Positions 42,877 through 57,924 of a stretch of DNA of 64,000 nt are shown piece by piece. The notes below the pieces were generated by a model. It saw only the letters and a list, made by a program, of their open reading frames with translations. It was not told where the DNA came from and did no database searches. Position 1 is the first letter of the stretch; each line of letters starts with the position of its first letter. Both the position numbers and the translations under genes were made by a program. The stretch comes from Eledone cirrhosa (lineage: Eukaryota): contig OZ024740.1 of the NCBI GenBank assembly GCA_964016885.1, positions 92,442,001 through 92,506,000 of the forward strand, in the 5' to 3' direction.

Positions 42877-43512
42877 ATAAGGTAAATTTCTGTAAATCGT
42901 TTGGAAGCCTCGACAATGCAGACGGGTAAATCACCGGGTAACAAGAACCGGTGGTGGAGAGAGAGATGTAAGTGGGTGTACGTTGAGATTTGTGGCGTGT
43001 ATAAGACTGTAACGTGTAGAAGAATGAAGCAAAGAGCGTAAAGGATAAAAATAGAAATAACAACACGAGTGAGAGTTACCTTGGGAGCGATTTAATTGTC
43101 CCTATATATTTCGGATTCACATCCACCGACTGGGTTTTTTTGTCGGGGGGGGGGGGAGGTACGAAACGTGTGCCCCGCTGTTCGTTGTTTTGAACGAACA
43201 GCGGAGGACACGTTTCGTTCCTTACCGACAGACCCCCCCCCCCCCGGACATAACCCCAGTTGATGGATGTGAATCCGAAATATATAGGGACAATTAAATC
43301 TCTCCCAAGGTAACTCTTTCTCGTGTTATTATTTTTATTTTTATCCTTTACGCTCTTTGCTTCATTTCTCTACACGTTACAGTCTTATACACGCCACAAA
43401 TCTCAACGTACACCCACTTACATCTCTCTCTCCACCACCGGATCTTGTTACCCGGAGATTTACCCGTCTGCATTGTCGAGGCTTCCAAACGACTTAAAGA
43501 AATTTACCTTAT
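42877..43512. repeat. Fold-back palindrome with ~310 bp arms and a ~6 nt loop
   Basis: Centre GCTGTTCGTT gttttg AACGAACAGC. The mirrored ORFs 42725(-) and 43323(+) confirm the symmetry. (TA)n lies near both ends. Confidence 0.93.
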
Positions 43513-43782
43513 ATATATATATATATATATATTAATTAAAATAACATATTAAAGTTTAAGCAAATAATCGCTGCTTTCACGCTTAACAGGACATTCTGAA
43601 ACTCAGAAGATCCCGTTAATGGTGAGAGCACCGATTCTTTGCTTAAACTTTAATCTGTTATTTTAATAAATATTTGCTCTACGGTTCTTATATATTTGAT
43701 ATATATTTATCCTTATCGAGCCCTCTTTGGATTTTAGTCTTCAAATGTATTATTATTACTATATATAAATATATATATGTAC

Positions 43783-43842
<60 letters not shown>

Positions 43843-45376
43843 GTGTATGTGTGTATGTGTGTGTGTGTGTGTGTGTGTTTGAATGTCTCTGTGTGTGGAG
43901 CGAAAAAGAGAAAGAGCGAGATAGTGAGAGAAAGTGTGTGTGTCCGTGATGCTGTGACTGGGGTGACCACAAGCCATGGGACTGCTCAATATCTGGGAAG
44001 ATGCAGAGTGTCTATGGATTGTGGTCTGTACCTGAATGTGACTCCAAGCTGTTTCGATTTTTATGTACAGTAAGCCGAAACCTGTTTGAGTAGGTGTTGG
44101 GATAATAACTATTTCTCCTTCTCACGATATCTCTCTCTTTTTTATGTATGAGGTTCTATTGCCGGAACAATAACGATAATTATGTTTGTGCTCTGAGGTT
44201 AGTTTGTTCTTTGAAACCTCTAATCAATGCGGGGTAATCGAACTGCAATCTATGCATAGGAGAATGTTTTACTTGTGCACTGGTATTCTGATTATAACTT
44301 AATCTTATGCTAATCAGTGTTAAACATATAGCTTTCTTGCCTCTGTTTGTCTAAACATACAATAATCGGCTTTAGCACCTGCTTCGAGGGAAGCACGGGT
44401 GTACTTTCGATCAAGCGCGTATTTTGGACAATTAGATGCATTATACAGTGGAAGGATTAATTTACTGATTAATGAACCAAGAGTGTCCACTGATGGATGG
44501 TTATATCTTGGTACGCTAAATACTTGATTGGGTGGTTAATTGTTTAATTGATCAACACGATTACCTATGGATCACTTTACTCATAGCCATAAATACTTGT
44601 CTTGGGAGGTTATTTTTTCATATCTCATAACTATTTATTATGTAAGTCGTATTAGATTGTTTTAATGTGATACCTGCACGCAATAATTTCTCTTTATATA
44701 TGTCTTCTAGCCGTACCAATAACGAAACATATGGGTGTATTCCCTGCTTAGGTAATTGAAGTGCCTTTAAAAATTGAGGGGTGATCGGACGGCAATCGAT
44801 TTAAGGGAGGAATGTATGCCGGTGAACTGATATTCTAGTTATATCATGGGAAACCATTTTACTGGTTTGAGTGTTGATGAGGTTGCATATGTATGTGTCT
44901 AAACTTGTCTTTTACATCTTTCTAGTTTTTTATTCTTCCTGTCAAATCTGTGAACCAACCAGCTTCTTTTCCTTTTACTTTTTAACCCTTTTCTATATTT
45001 CATCTGCCTGTCACTCAGCCTTTGCATGTTTTCTCATGGCTGTTCCAGCGAGGAGTGTCCTCATGTTTGTGTGTATCCATATACACTCTCGCTTTGTCTT
45101 GATCAGACAATATTGTTTTTTCATAAACACACACACACAAACACACACACACATACATACATATGCACACATACATACACACACACATACACACATACAT
45201 ACACACGTATACACACATATACACACACACACCCATACAAACTCATATACACACACATACACACACACACGGACACACACACACAAACCGACACATACAC
45301 AAATACACATACACACATATACACACACACATACACACACATCACATACATACACACACACACGCACACACACACT

Positions 45377-45412
<36 letters not shown>

Positions 45413-45873
45413 CTTTCATCCTGATGTCACTAGCCCCGTTTTTCATCATGTGCGTTTCCATAATCACGCATGATGGCGAATTTGCCAGTTTTAGAATTCC
45501 CTTTTCGGATTATAATACTGTGGTAGCCCTGGTTTCTGTTGAGCTCTGCTGACGATTGAAATCCAACCGTGACGATCTCCACTGAAAGTTTTCATTAAAT
45601 AGTCTTTTAAGATTATACAGAGCATTTGATGTTATTCCAAATTGAAGGATAAGTGTTTTAAACTTTATTGTATCATGAGTTAAAGGTCTATTGATTTTTC
45701 CATGGATTTCACTAAATTCTGTGGATGAATTCGTATCCTGATTCTCTTTTGAGATGAGTTTGAATTATTTTTCCTAAATCTTACATTAACTACTTTTCCC
45801 ATCTTGACGTTATAGTCACATATATGTTATAGAATAATATTAGCTTCTCGCTAAAACAATCTCTATACCTCTC

Positions 45874-45909
<36 letters not shown>

Positions 45910-46479
45910 CATTTCATATGCCTTCTCGAAATCAGCTACGTTAAGCAGCTCTGAGACATTCCGCTTCCTATCAGTATAGGATAAGTTTAATGCGCGAGAC
46001 AGGAAAACTAGAGACATACAAAAACATGTATGGAACTGAAACCTAGCAATGAAAATAACTTGAAACTGTTCTGACATCATTAATTTTTAGAAGTTTACTT
46101 ATTGATGTATGATGCTGTGCAAGAGTATTTGTTTTTTGTTTTAATTGACTTAAAATACACAGCGAGAGTAGACAGCTGAATTGTAATATAAAAAAATGCT
46201 AAACAGACAACAAATTAAGTTATCAATATGAAGGACATCGATACATACTGGAAACTGTGTATAAATTCGCCTGATGAGAAAAATAGCGGAAAAACAGTAT
46301 TGATTTAAGTCTTTCAAGTAATAGCATCGAAAGAAATAACTGAAATCTGTTTGGTTCTACTTACTACCCTAGAAATCATTTGTTTTGAGCTAGTTGGCGG
46401 ATAATTAGCTCTACTATTTTATACATAAACATCTGTTTATTTCGGGTTAGTAGGATATGACATTCATCTTACAAAAGCT

Positions 46480-46492
46480 GTAGTAGTAGTAC

Positions 46493-46544
<52 letters not shown>

Positions 46545-46600
46545 TGTTGTTGTTGTTGTTGTTGTAGTTATTGTTGTTGTTGAGTTGTAGTTATTGTTAT
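46480..46600. repeat. (GTA)n-(GTT)n compound microsatellite
   Basis: Direct inspection. Confidence 0.95.
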
Positions 46601-46760
46601 TGATGTTGTAGACGAATCAACAACGGCAGAGCAGAAGAAAGGGAAGGGAGATAAAACGAATTTTGTTTACAGATGTTATACATACACATTTTATTTTTCA
46701 TACCTACTTTTCGTACTTGTTGTACGAACGACGTATTGTTCTGTTGCTTTCCTTTTCTTT

Positions 46761-47525
46761 ATTCATCCAGATATTTTTTTAATAATAAATGACTATTGTT
46801 TTATTATTAAATAGATTTTTTTTTTTGTCATGCATATGCTATTATCATATATCGTTCATATATTTGTATGCATTCCTAAATTTTATTTCCACCGTATTCA
46901 ACCTTTTTTTCAGCAGGCTCCTTTCCAATTATCACTGTTAGATAGTAGAATTGCTGCTTTATTTCCTCATCTTGCTACTATAATTGTTTTTCTTGTTTAT
47001 TTGTCAGTCAGATAGAAGATGTTTTCTACTTTTCACAAATACTATAGGAGTCTGGTAGAAATATTGCTGATTTGCGTTAAAAAGTGAGATATTTGCGGAT
47101 AAATCAACTTTGACCATTTTACAGCTGCGTTAATATTAATTCATCCAGATATTTTTTTAATAATAAATGACTATTGTTTTATTATTAAATAGATTTGTTG
47201 TTTTTTTTTGTCATGCATGTGCTATTATCATTGTTCGTTCATATATTTGTATGCATTCCTAAATTTTATTTTCCACCGTATTCAACCTTTTTTTCAGCAG
47301 TCTCCTTTCCAATTATCACTGTTAGATAGTATAATTACTGCTTTATTTCCTCATCTTGCTTCTATAATTGTTTTTCTTGTTTATTTGTCAGTCAGATAGA
47401 AGATGTTTTCTACTTTTCACAAATATTATAGGAGTCTGGTAGAAATATTGCTGGTTTGCGTTAAACAGTGAGATATTTGCGGATAAATCAAAATTGACCA
47501 TTTTACAGCTGCGTTAATATTAATC
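46761..47525. repeat. ~380 bp tandem duplication, possibly within a decayed minus-strand PLE
   Basis: ATTCATCCAGATATTTTTT recurs at ~46761 and ~47139. ORFs 46830 and 47208 are paralogous. Confidence 0.88.
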
Positions 47526-48238
47526 TAGGGAAGTTCTCGTATTTAAGTTTGTTTTCTGAAAAAATATTGTGATTCATAATGCTAGTCTTTTATTCTGCAT
47601 ATATTTAGCTTCGAGCCGTTTGTTCTCCTATGGCCAGATACATATGGATGATAGAATTGTTTTAGTCCTCCATTGGCTTGCAGGCGGCAACATTAATGAT
47701 GTGTATTGTATTTAAAAATAGCAGTGAATATTGAGACATACAGTGAAATCCATGTGAACATATATTGTTTAGACGAAACACGCTAGGCAAAAGTACGAAT
47801 TTAGTTAGGAAGTGTCTCCAGCTGCCCTACGTTTATAATAAAATAAATCTAATAGCATTTGTAATATCACTAAATATCACTTACATTATATTATTGTATA
47901 CATTCCTATAAACATATGATCCGTTATTGAAAACGACAAACAATGGAAGATGTTAATTTATATTGTAATGATATTATTCTTCTATTTCTTTTCATTTTAT
48001 ATCGTAATTTTAGTATCATAAACATATGTTTATGCCAAACATATGTTTATGATACTAAATTTATTAATTTATTAATTCTGGAAGTTGTCCCTATATGAGC
48101 TGTAATCTGAGCACTTCGGAATAACATTTCTATATAGTTGCATGTTTAAAATTTACTCTTACAGTATATTGCATATATATATACAAACACACACACACAC
48201 ATATACATACCCCCCTCCCCACACACATCCACACACAG

Positions 48239-48355
<117 letters not shown>

Positions 48356-48552
48356 ACATATCACGCTTCACATTTGCTTGAGCAGAGCTATGATCTTTGG
48401 GACAAAGATTTTGGCAAGTAGCGTTCTGGTTAGATGATTAGCCAATGAATTTCCGTATACCTAAACAAGTATATGATAGGATGAAGATAACAAATATGCA
48501 ATTGAAAGGTTTTGCTTTGCCAGATTTTATCTTTCTGTTCGATAATTGTGTC

Positions 48553-49240
<688 letters not shown>

Positions 49241-49421
49241 ATATATATATATATATACAATACAAATAAATACACAGACACATGCGAATACATACATATA
49301 ATATATACCCACATATATTCCTGAATGTGTGTGGTGCCAACATTAACCGTTGTTGCTCTATGAATATTAGGGACAAAATAATCTGAATGTATTAGATTGA
49401 TTCAATATCAGAGATATATAA

Positions 49422-50368
49422 TCTATATATATAAAACTGTGTTTGTCTGTCTGTCTATCGATTTTTAGCACACATCTCCTCTTAGAATCTCTGACGGAAT
49501 TGCACCGAAATTGCTATACTTGTACATTGAGCCCTAGCGAAGACATCGGAAAAAGATATTTCAAATTCACCCACCCTATGTGACGAAATCGAATATAATG
49601 TATCGATTTTTGAGCGTAAGTTATCAGTTATTTCCATTTGTTCTGTTTACATTGAGCGTCTTACGTAAAAAATTACGCTGGCTTTCTCAGCGTTTAAAAT
49701 GACATTAACACAATACACGAACAGTTGTCGAGCCAGCAAAATATTGACCTGCAAAATTCATCAGTTCGAACACTAAGCTTCCGTTTTGCTTCATTTCCAT
49801 TTAAAAGCATTTTAAAACAATATGTTTACTTGAAAACAAGTCTATTTAAAGACTACGTAAAACAAGCAAATATTTCGTCGTTAGGCGTGCAGACAGACAG
49901 TCGTGCAGACAGACAGTCGTGCAGAGAGGTGATATACGCGTGCAGACAGATAGTCGTGGAGAGAGGTGATATAGGCGTGCAGACAGACAGTCGTGCAGAG
50001 AGGTGATATAGGCGTTCAGACAGACAGTCGTGCAGAGAGGTGATATAGGCGTGCAGACAGACATAACTGATAATTTAGTAACGCTAATGTTTTTCTCTGC
50101 GCTGCAGTGTTTACATTTTCGATCTTTGTTAATAAATAACCAGTGCAGTTTCTATCCCCAGCATCCTCTTTTGTTATAACATTCGGGTTATCGTTATGTT
50201 TTCTTAACTTCATAAGGCATATTGTTGGTTGAGGGAATATTAATCAAAAACACCACATGCAAGTCTGCACAGTAGGCACTACAGTTTTTAAGCCAAGAAA
50301 GAAACTTAACATTGTAACTTTAACACAGCTACTGAGCGACCCCGAGCAACGCCGGGCTTTACTGCTAG
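49422..50368 (+). mobile_element. Non-autonomous Helitron with internal minisatellite
   Basis: 5' TCTATATATATAAAA; 3' hairpin CCCGAGCAACGCCGGG then CTAG; inserted between A and T with no TSD. A ~33 bp GTGCAGACAGACAGTCGTGCAGAGAGGTGATATAGGC array lies at 49885-50062. Confidence 0.9.
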
Positions 50369-50961
50369 TACATTATAAAGAAAGAAGAAACATTAGATAT
50401 AAATAACAAGATATAATATACCTAAATTCCTTCAATATTCTCGACTACGTAGTTTCTTTGCTATTATGCAAAGCATTACATCATAGAGATGCAGTATTTT
50501 TGTGAGTTGTTTTCGACTTATCAAGAGGATAGCTCATTTAGAGTTCAAAACACGCCCGTAGGACGCGAGATAGAATCCCGAAAGCCGGAGGGGGAACTTA
50601 TCACGTGATACAGCGGTCAAGAAACAGAGCTAAGCCTCTTACAACCAAGAGAAAAATACCACAAAAGGCGGATGGGGTATTTATGTCAAGGCCGTAGAAG
50701 AGTTGTCTAGGAGAGCGAGAAGTGTGAGTAGTGTAAGCTTAACAGCAGTCACTACACTTAAGTGGTTACCATACCGTAGGTAGTTATAAGCAATACAAAG
50801 ACATATACATAGACATGCGAATACATGCATATACATGCATATACCCACATATATCCTTGGGTTTGTCTGGTGCCAACCTTAACCGTTTTTGCTCTATGAA
50901 TAATAGCGACAAAATAATCTGAATGGATTAGATTGATTCAATATCAGAGCTATATAATACA

Positions 50962-51932
50962 CTAGCAGTAAAGCCCGGCGTTGCTCGGGGTCGCTCAGTA
51001 GCTGTGTTAAAGTTACAATGTTAAGTTTCTTTCTTGGCTTAAAAACTGTAGTGTCTACTGTGCAGACTTGCATGTGGTGTTTTTGATTAATATTCCCTCA
51101 ACCAACAATATGCCTTATGAAGTTAAGAAGACATAACGATAACCCGAATGTTATAACAAAAGAGGATGCTGGTTATAGAAACTGCACTGGTTATTTATTA
51201 ACAAAGATCGAAAATGTAAACACTGCAACGCAGAGAAAAACATTAGCGTAACCAAATTATCAGTTATGTCTGTCTGCACGCCTATATCACCTCTCTGCAC
51301 GACTGTCTGTCTGCACGCCTATATCACCTCTCTGCACGACTGTCTGTCTGCACGCCTATATTACCTCTCTGCACGACTGTCTGTCTGCACGCCTATATCA
51401 CCTGTCTGCACGACTGTCTGTCTGCACGCCTATATCACCTCTCCGCACGACTATCTGTCTGCACGCGTATATCACCTCTCTGCACGACTGTCTGTCTGCA
51501 CGACTGTCTGTCTGCACGCCTAACGACGAAATATTTGCTTGTTTTACGTAGTCTTTAAATAGACTTGTTTTCAAGTAAAAATATTGTTTTAAAATGCTTT
51601 TAAATGGAAATGAAGCAAAACGGAAGCTTAGTGTTCGAACTAATGAATTTTGCAGGTCAATATTTTGCTGGCTCGTAATTTTTTACGTAAGACGCTCAAT
51701 GTAAACAGAACAAAGGGAAATAACTGATAACTTACGCTCAAAAATCGATACATTATATTCGATTTCGTCACATAGAGTGGGTGAATTTGAAATATTTTAT
51801 TTTTCCGATGTCTTCGCTAGGGCTCAATGTACAAGTATAGCAATTTCGGTGCAATTCCGTGAGAGATTCTAAGAGGAGATGTGTGTCAAAAATCGATAGA
51901 CAGACAGACAACCACAGTTTTATATATATAGA
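50962..51932 (-). mobile_element. Non-autonomous Helitron, same family, opposite orientation
   Basis: Near-identical reverse complement of 49422-50368, with more minisatellite units and a ~50 bp deletion. A|T insertion. Confidence 0.9.
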
Positions 51933-52322
51933 TTATAAAGAAAGAAGAAACATTAGATATAAATAAAAATATATACTATACCTAAATTCCTTCAATATCC
52001 TCGACTACGTAGTTTCGTTGCTATTATCCAAAATATTACATCATAGAGATGCAGTATTGTGGTGAGGTTTGCCGACTTATCAATAGGATACCTCATATAG
52101 AGTTTCAAAACACGTCCGTAGGACGCGAAATAGAATCCCGAAAGCTGGAGGGGGAACTTATCACGTGATACAGCAGTCAAGAAACAGAGCTAACCATCTT
52201 ATCTCTATAATGTAATGTTTTTGCATAATAGCCACAAAACTATGTAGTCAAGAATAATAAAGCAATTTATGTATATTATATCTTTTTATTCATATCTAAT
52301 GTTTCTTCTTTCTTTATAATGC

Positions 52323-52365
<43 letters not shown>

Positions 52366-52936
52366 AATTACAAAATATGAGGAAATAATAGACACAAATA
52401 TACCTATTTTTTCTTCAAAGTCCCGACTGAATTTTCGCCGATCCGCGTGCATCGCTATGAGGTTGATACGGCTTATCAAGGAACCCCTCAGAAAAAGGAC
52501 TATTTCTTGACGCGTTTATAGCAAGTGGGAAAGTCTCAGAGGCGGAGGGAGAGATTAACACGTGATACAGTGGTAAGAAAAAGGATAGTTTCTTTCGTAT
52601 CAAGTGAGCATTCCCGAAGTGGCGAGGAGTGACAACAAACATATGATACGGTGGTCACAGAAGGGTATTAAGGTGGACGAATAAACTATTTGCTAGAAAA
52701 AGCAGTTAATACACTCGTGGTTATATCGACCATAGGGGAGTTTTGGACAATATAATAATGAAATACACACACATATTCATATGTATATGTGTGTGTGTGT
52801 GGTTTCCGCCTTAACAAGTATTGCTCAATAACCAAAAGAGCCTTAATAACTAAAATAATTAAATTAACTTCAGTGCTATTTATCAAATTACAAAATATAA
52901 GAAAATAATAGACAAAAATATACCTATTGTTTATTC

Positions 52937-53028
<92 letters not shown>

Positions 53029-53049
53029 TAATCATAATGGATATGAATC

Positions 53050-53520
53050 GAATTTGTTGTCACAACATAGCAGATTGCAAAGGAGATGTTTGAGGAAGTC
53101 ACAAAACACTCAATGCTGCGGAATATTAAATTATTTCCGTCCAGAGTAAACACAAAATTAAATAAGTGTGACAAAAAGAAATAAAGCGAATGATTGTATG
53201 TGATCATGGTTTGTACCACAAGAATGATAAAGATAAACAGGTCGGAGAATAAACTGGGCCATCTCAAAGAGATAAATCTAAATAAAAATCGATCAAATCT
53301 TCGAATAGGTTTCTGGGACTCGGAAAGATGCACCACGTGTTGCACAAAAAATTGTCCCAACGTTCATAAATTCTATTCTATAATAATTATATTCTATTCT
53401 ATAATAAAAAGGTTCGACGGGATTGGACCTCCGAATGCAAAGGGCCATAAATCTATGCTGCAAACCAAGGTGTCCTTGGCTCTCCCAATTTCTCTCCCCA
53501 AATCGTTTCTGCCAATCCAC
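53050..53520 (-). pseudogene. Degenerate Tc1/mariner-type transposase remnant
   Basis: FISLRWPSLFSDL resembles WPPRSPDL; QQ..GA and WPFAF-like motifs upstream. Confidence 0.4.
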
Positions 53521-55043
53521 CGCCCATAGGTGCTGGTGCGAAAATATTTAAAACATGATATTATGCACACATAAACACTTTTAAAAAATGAAATATTTAA
53601 TAGATCCATCTCTTTAGCTGAACTCGTTTGGTTTCAAAAAAAGATATTCGTCAATAGTCTTTGAAATGGAATATTATTAATTCGGCAGCGTCCTAGATTT
53701 GGGGTAGACGCATATGTTATCTGAGTAATTTGTGGCTATTTGAATCTAAAACCACTTGTACATACACGTTAGCTAAAACATATTGAACATACACGTAACC
53801 TGAAATTATCAGTGGTATCCAATAGATATGTTTATTCAATATCTGCTGCCATTAACAGTTATAATTCAGTGAATAGATAATATGTATATGCACTAAAAAC
53901 TATAATACAGTATATTCATATCATAACACACATGCTGAATATACATGTCAGACTACATAGAAGAGTCCCGTTAAATAATTACTGCACTTCTAATCTTAAA
54001 GAAAAAAATGTTTTGACCATTCAATTATGATGTTGTACAAATATGGTCGGTAAATAAAGGCCTTTTTATATATAATTGACTCTGATGGTTTGTCTACTAA
54101 CGTATTGAAAATAGGATCATTTAAGGAATGAAATATATGTAAATCAAATATATAATATTGTTATACTTGGGGAGGGTCATATTTAATATATAATATTGTT
54201 ATACTTGGGGAGGGTCATAAACAAATATATAATATATTAATTGTTAAAACTTTCTGAACTATTATTTGCGTTATATATGCTCTGTGATTTACCGAATGAC
54301 CGAATGTATTCTAATATTTTGTAAAATCAAAGGCACTAATGTAATTTTCGATCAAATGTTTTAAGACAACATCAAGTTATATTAAATGTACTTTGTCATA
54401 GAAATTATTGGAAGTTTAATCTAACTTATATGACAGTATTATAGCTGACATTAATTGAAGAGGAGATACTTTTGTGTGATGCCAGCTTCAACATTAACGC
54501 AATTCAATATCTATTAGTAAGAATGGAAAGAAGATGAAAGGTTTAATTATCACAAAATAAACCATATAATTTCAGAAACCTTTATTATAATGAGTAACAA
54601 CAGGATAAGCAGCCCAGTAGTCGTACCCTAAATTTAAAAGCCTGCGAGGAAATATACCACCAACCACATTCATATATGTTATATCTGACACCCCCGACAA
54701 AGCATTCACTTTCAAACATCACAATGTCACCATATCCGGTCTTATAATTGTAAACAATAAATTATTCAAAGCAACATCAACGTCAAATTCGTGATTATCA
54801 CACATCGTTTTCTATTTTCAATATATTCCTCATCCTCACCACCCTAATAATTAGAAAATTCATTACGAACTTCCCCAGCAATATTGCCATTATAATTACA
54901 CGGAGTGTTTCTTGAAAATATTTTGATCCACCAGAATGACATGATCTACAACAACAATAGTGACAAAAACAACGACATCAATCAAAACGTTGATCACGGC
55001 GACGATAATAACCATAACAACAACAGCTACAAAACTAATGATG

Positions 55044-55125
<82 letters not shown>

Positions 55126-55160
55126 TAATAATAATAATAATAATAATATAATAATAATAA
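55044..55160. repeat. (CTA)n-(TAA)n compound microsatellite
   Basis: Direct inspection. Confidence 0.95.
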
Positions 55161-55769
55161 TATTAACAGTGTGTGTTAAATGTCATTGATTTAGTTCACT
55201 TGCTTCTTTGTTGTCTAACAGTGGACAATGTGTAAAAAAAAATATGCGTTCAAAGAAAGCAGAACGTCGTGTATTTTATTTAATGAACATCTTTTAAAAC
55301 GGTCTCTGACATTTTCAAAAGATTCAAATTGTAAACATTATAAAAAATATGTTTCTCAAAATTTCACATGACGTGACATTCGAATGAATTGTCCTTTAGA
55401 AATGTTAATGATCATAGAAAATGAAAACAATAACTGCAAAATTAAATGAGGAAATGTTAGAAAACACAAAATTTACAGATACTTCATAAATAATATAATG
55501 GAAAAAATACAAAACATACACTTGGAATAATTACAATTACGCAAATATTGCAAATAAGCATCCTTCATCAAGGCATCATAATATAAATTTGGTAATCATA
55601 TGAATGCTAGAAATAGAAAACCTTCAAAATTATTTCCAATGTATATATTACGAATCGTAGGTTCTTCACATACTTCAGGCTTCTATTCTTTTAATGTTGG
55701 TATTTTTGTACCATAAAACATTTGTGGAAATTCCCACACTTGCCCTCTTACTTGTCAGTTGGGTTATAG

Positions 55770-56310
55770 ATAATTTCGTATAACAATTTGTTGTCCCAAC
55801 AACTAGTTGCACCTAACTATTTATAGATACAAATTCGTATATATTTAAATCATTGATTCTACTTTAGGCACAAGTCCAGCAAATACCCAGTGCATTACTG
55901 TTACTTTATTTTATCGACCCCGTAAGAACGAAAGGCAAAGTTAACCTCGGAATTTGAACTCAGATCGTAAAGGGACGTAACTCTGCTGGAAAGCATGGCG
56001 TCCGACCCTCTACCGATACTGCCAATCCACCGCCCCGTATATATTTAAATAATGTTACTATATACAAATTCAATACTTAAAGAAGGATAAATATTTACAG
56101 ATACTTACCTCCATCCCTAATTTAATATGAAGAAACGCTAATATTAAATACTCCATTAACTCAAATAAATTTAGTGTCGCCCACGCGTATAAGCCAGGCA
56201 ATCGTAAATGTAATTTGTGTCTCACAGAATGTCGTCTAATTATGAAATCTGATTTAGAGATCCTAAATAAGAAATTGGAAACTCTTTGCCCTTGCTTACA
56301 CAGGAATTTT
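55770..56310 (+). pseudogene. Naiad-type GIY-YIG C-terminal remnant interrupted by a SINE
   Basis: AHAYKPGNRKCNLCLTECRLIMKSDLEILNKKLETLCPCLHR at ~56180-56305. Confidence 0.8.
55851..56035 (-). mobile_element. Full-length SINE with 15 bp TSD
   Basis: TSD CGTATATATTTAAAT at 55836-55850 and 56036-56050. Confidence 0.9.
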
Positions 56311-57924
56311 TCTTGTACTATGTAAACTATAATAAATTAAAGAGTGCGGTACTGTACGGTTTATTTCTATTAATCGGGGTTAGTGAAATATGTTGGATTA
56401 CTTTGAACAAATAATGAATGAATATTACATAATGTATCTATTAAATTCCGTAGCTGTTGATTAAATATATGTTAATGTTCATTTAAAGATTTCACTTCTT
56501 TAAAATATTCAAATGTCAACAGTTCCAGTTAGCGATCGCTTAAATAAACATTCATATATTTCCGTCACTAATTTTCTCCTAATGCAGTTTATATATAATA
56601 TCGTCTTGTTTTAATGTATCATGGATTATGTTACTGATTACATAAGAAAGTGTAACGTAGTCTTCGAACAATTCCCGTGTATATTGTCTATTACGATTTT
56701 ATTTGATGTATCATACTTACATGTATATATACTTGCTTGTAATATCAATATGCAGACCACACAAGCTAGCAGAAGCCACCTGAAGGGTAATTTTTCTGCT
56801 AGTTATAATGAATACGAGCCCACGTAACATATTTTCGAAAACTATAGAGGGTTTCTGCATACAGTTTGGCCTCAACCTAGTCTTACATGCATTAGGTATG
56901 GATTTGACTTAAATATTATCTAAGTGGTTTCATATAACGATATTATATATAATAGATTTAATAGCAATATGGGAAATCTGAAACTCTTTCTACTTGGTAA
57001 CACAGGGATTATTTTGCCATCTAAATTGCAATTCCATAAGGATGTGACCGTAATTTTAATCTCTTCCACTTTAGAGATGATTCTATCTATTATTACAGCT
57101 ATTAGGCAAAAAAGAGCCTTAGATAATAGTTAAATTATATAATGTTAAATTCGCAGTAGGAGATTAGCTTACTTTAGTAGTCTTAATTTGACTTCTTCCC
57201 TAGCCCATCTTATATGTTGCTTTATGTTCAACACAAAAATGCTCGAAACCGGTAAATTTAAGTGAAATTAACTAATTAATCTGAAAGAATCAAAATGAGT
57301 ACTCAAGCTCATGTTCCAATATGATTAGCCCTATGTGATATATTAAAAGATACTAATTTTCTATAGAGAGAGAGAGATCGACAAATAGACAGATATATAT
57401 AGTAGATAGATATATAGTAGATAGATATATAGATAGATAGATATTCGAAAATGAGGCACCTTTAATATATTCCACAGGGATAATAATATACGAAAAAGAA
57501 GTTGAATATTCATTTAGAATTGTAAGCGTAATTTCATACTATTGTTACTAATACATTTTTATTTTAACTTCAATACTTTTGCGGTGTTGAATTGTCATCG
57601 TTGTTAGATATATAAAAGGAAAACAAATTGAAATAGATACTTTTGATTATGTTGAGAGTGACAGCGATGAAAGATCAAATGCATCATATGCAGGATGAAG
57701 ACTGGCGTCTCATCTTTCAATTTGATGACAAATATTTTCAGAACAACTTTAAAAAAGAACAACGATCATATGTTATGAAATACAACAGTGAATTATGTTT
57801 ATTCTGATATTATACGAAATCAATTGTAAGTGGTAAAAGCCTACGGAATGCATATACATAGAGGATGTTTAATTGAGACAATTTAACCTGGAGAAAAGGG
57901 GTTGGTGATATCACTGCATATATA

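Larger units (their letters stand above)
49259..52330. repeat. ~590 bp host repeat (two tandem copies and one inverted partial copy) carrying the Helitrons
   Basis: 49259-49421 resembles 50792-50961; 50369-50640 resembles 51933-52200; 52200-52330 is an inverted copy without a Helitron. Confidence 0.85.

Noticed and set aside
49885-51522. ~33 bp repeat array superficially like CRISPR
   Set aside because: No unique spacers and no cas genes; it is a minisatellite inside a Helitron in a eukaryotic context.
54905-55189. Poly-T/N and poly-L/I ORFs
   Set aside because: Trinucleotide microsatellite translations.
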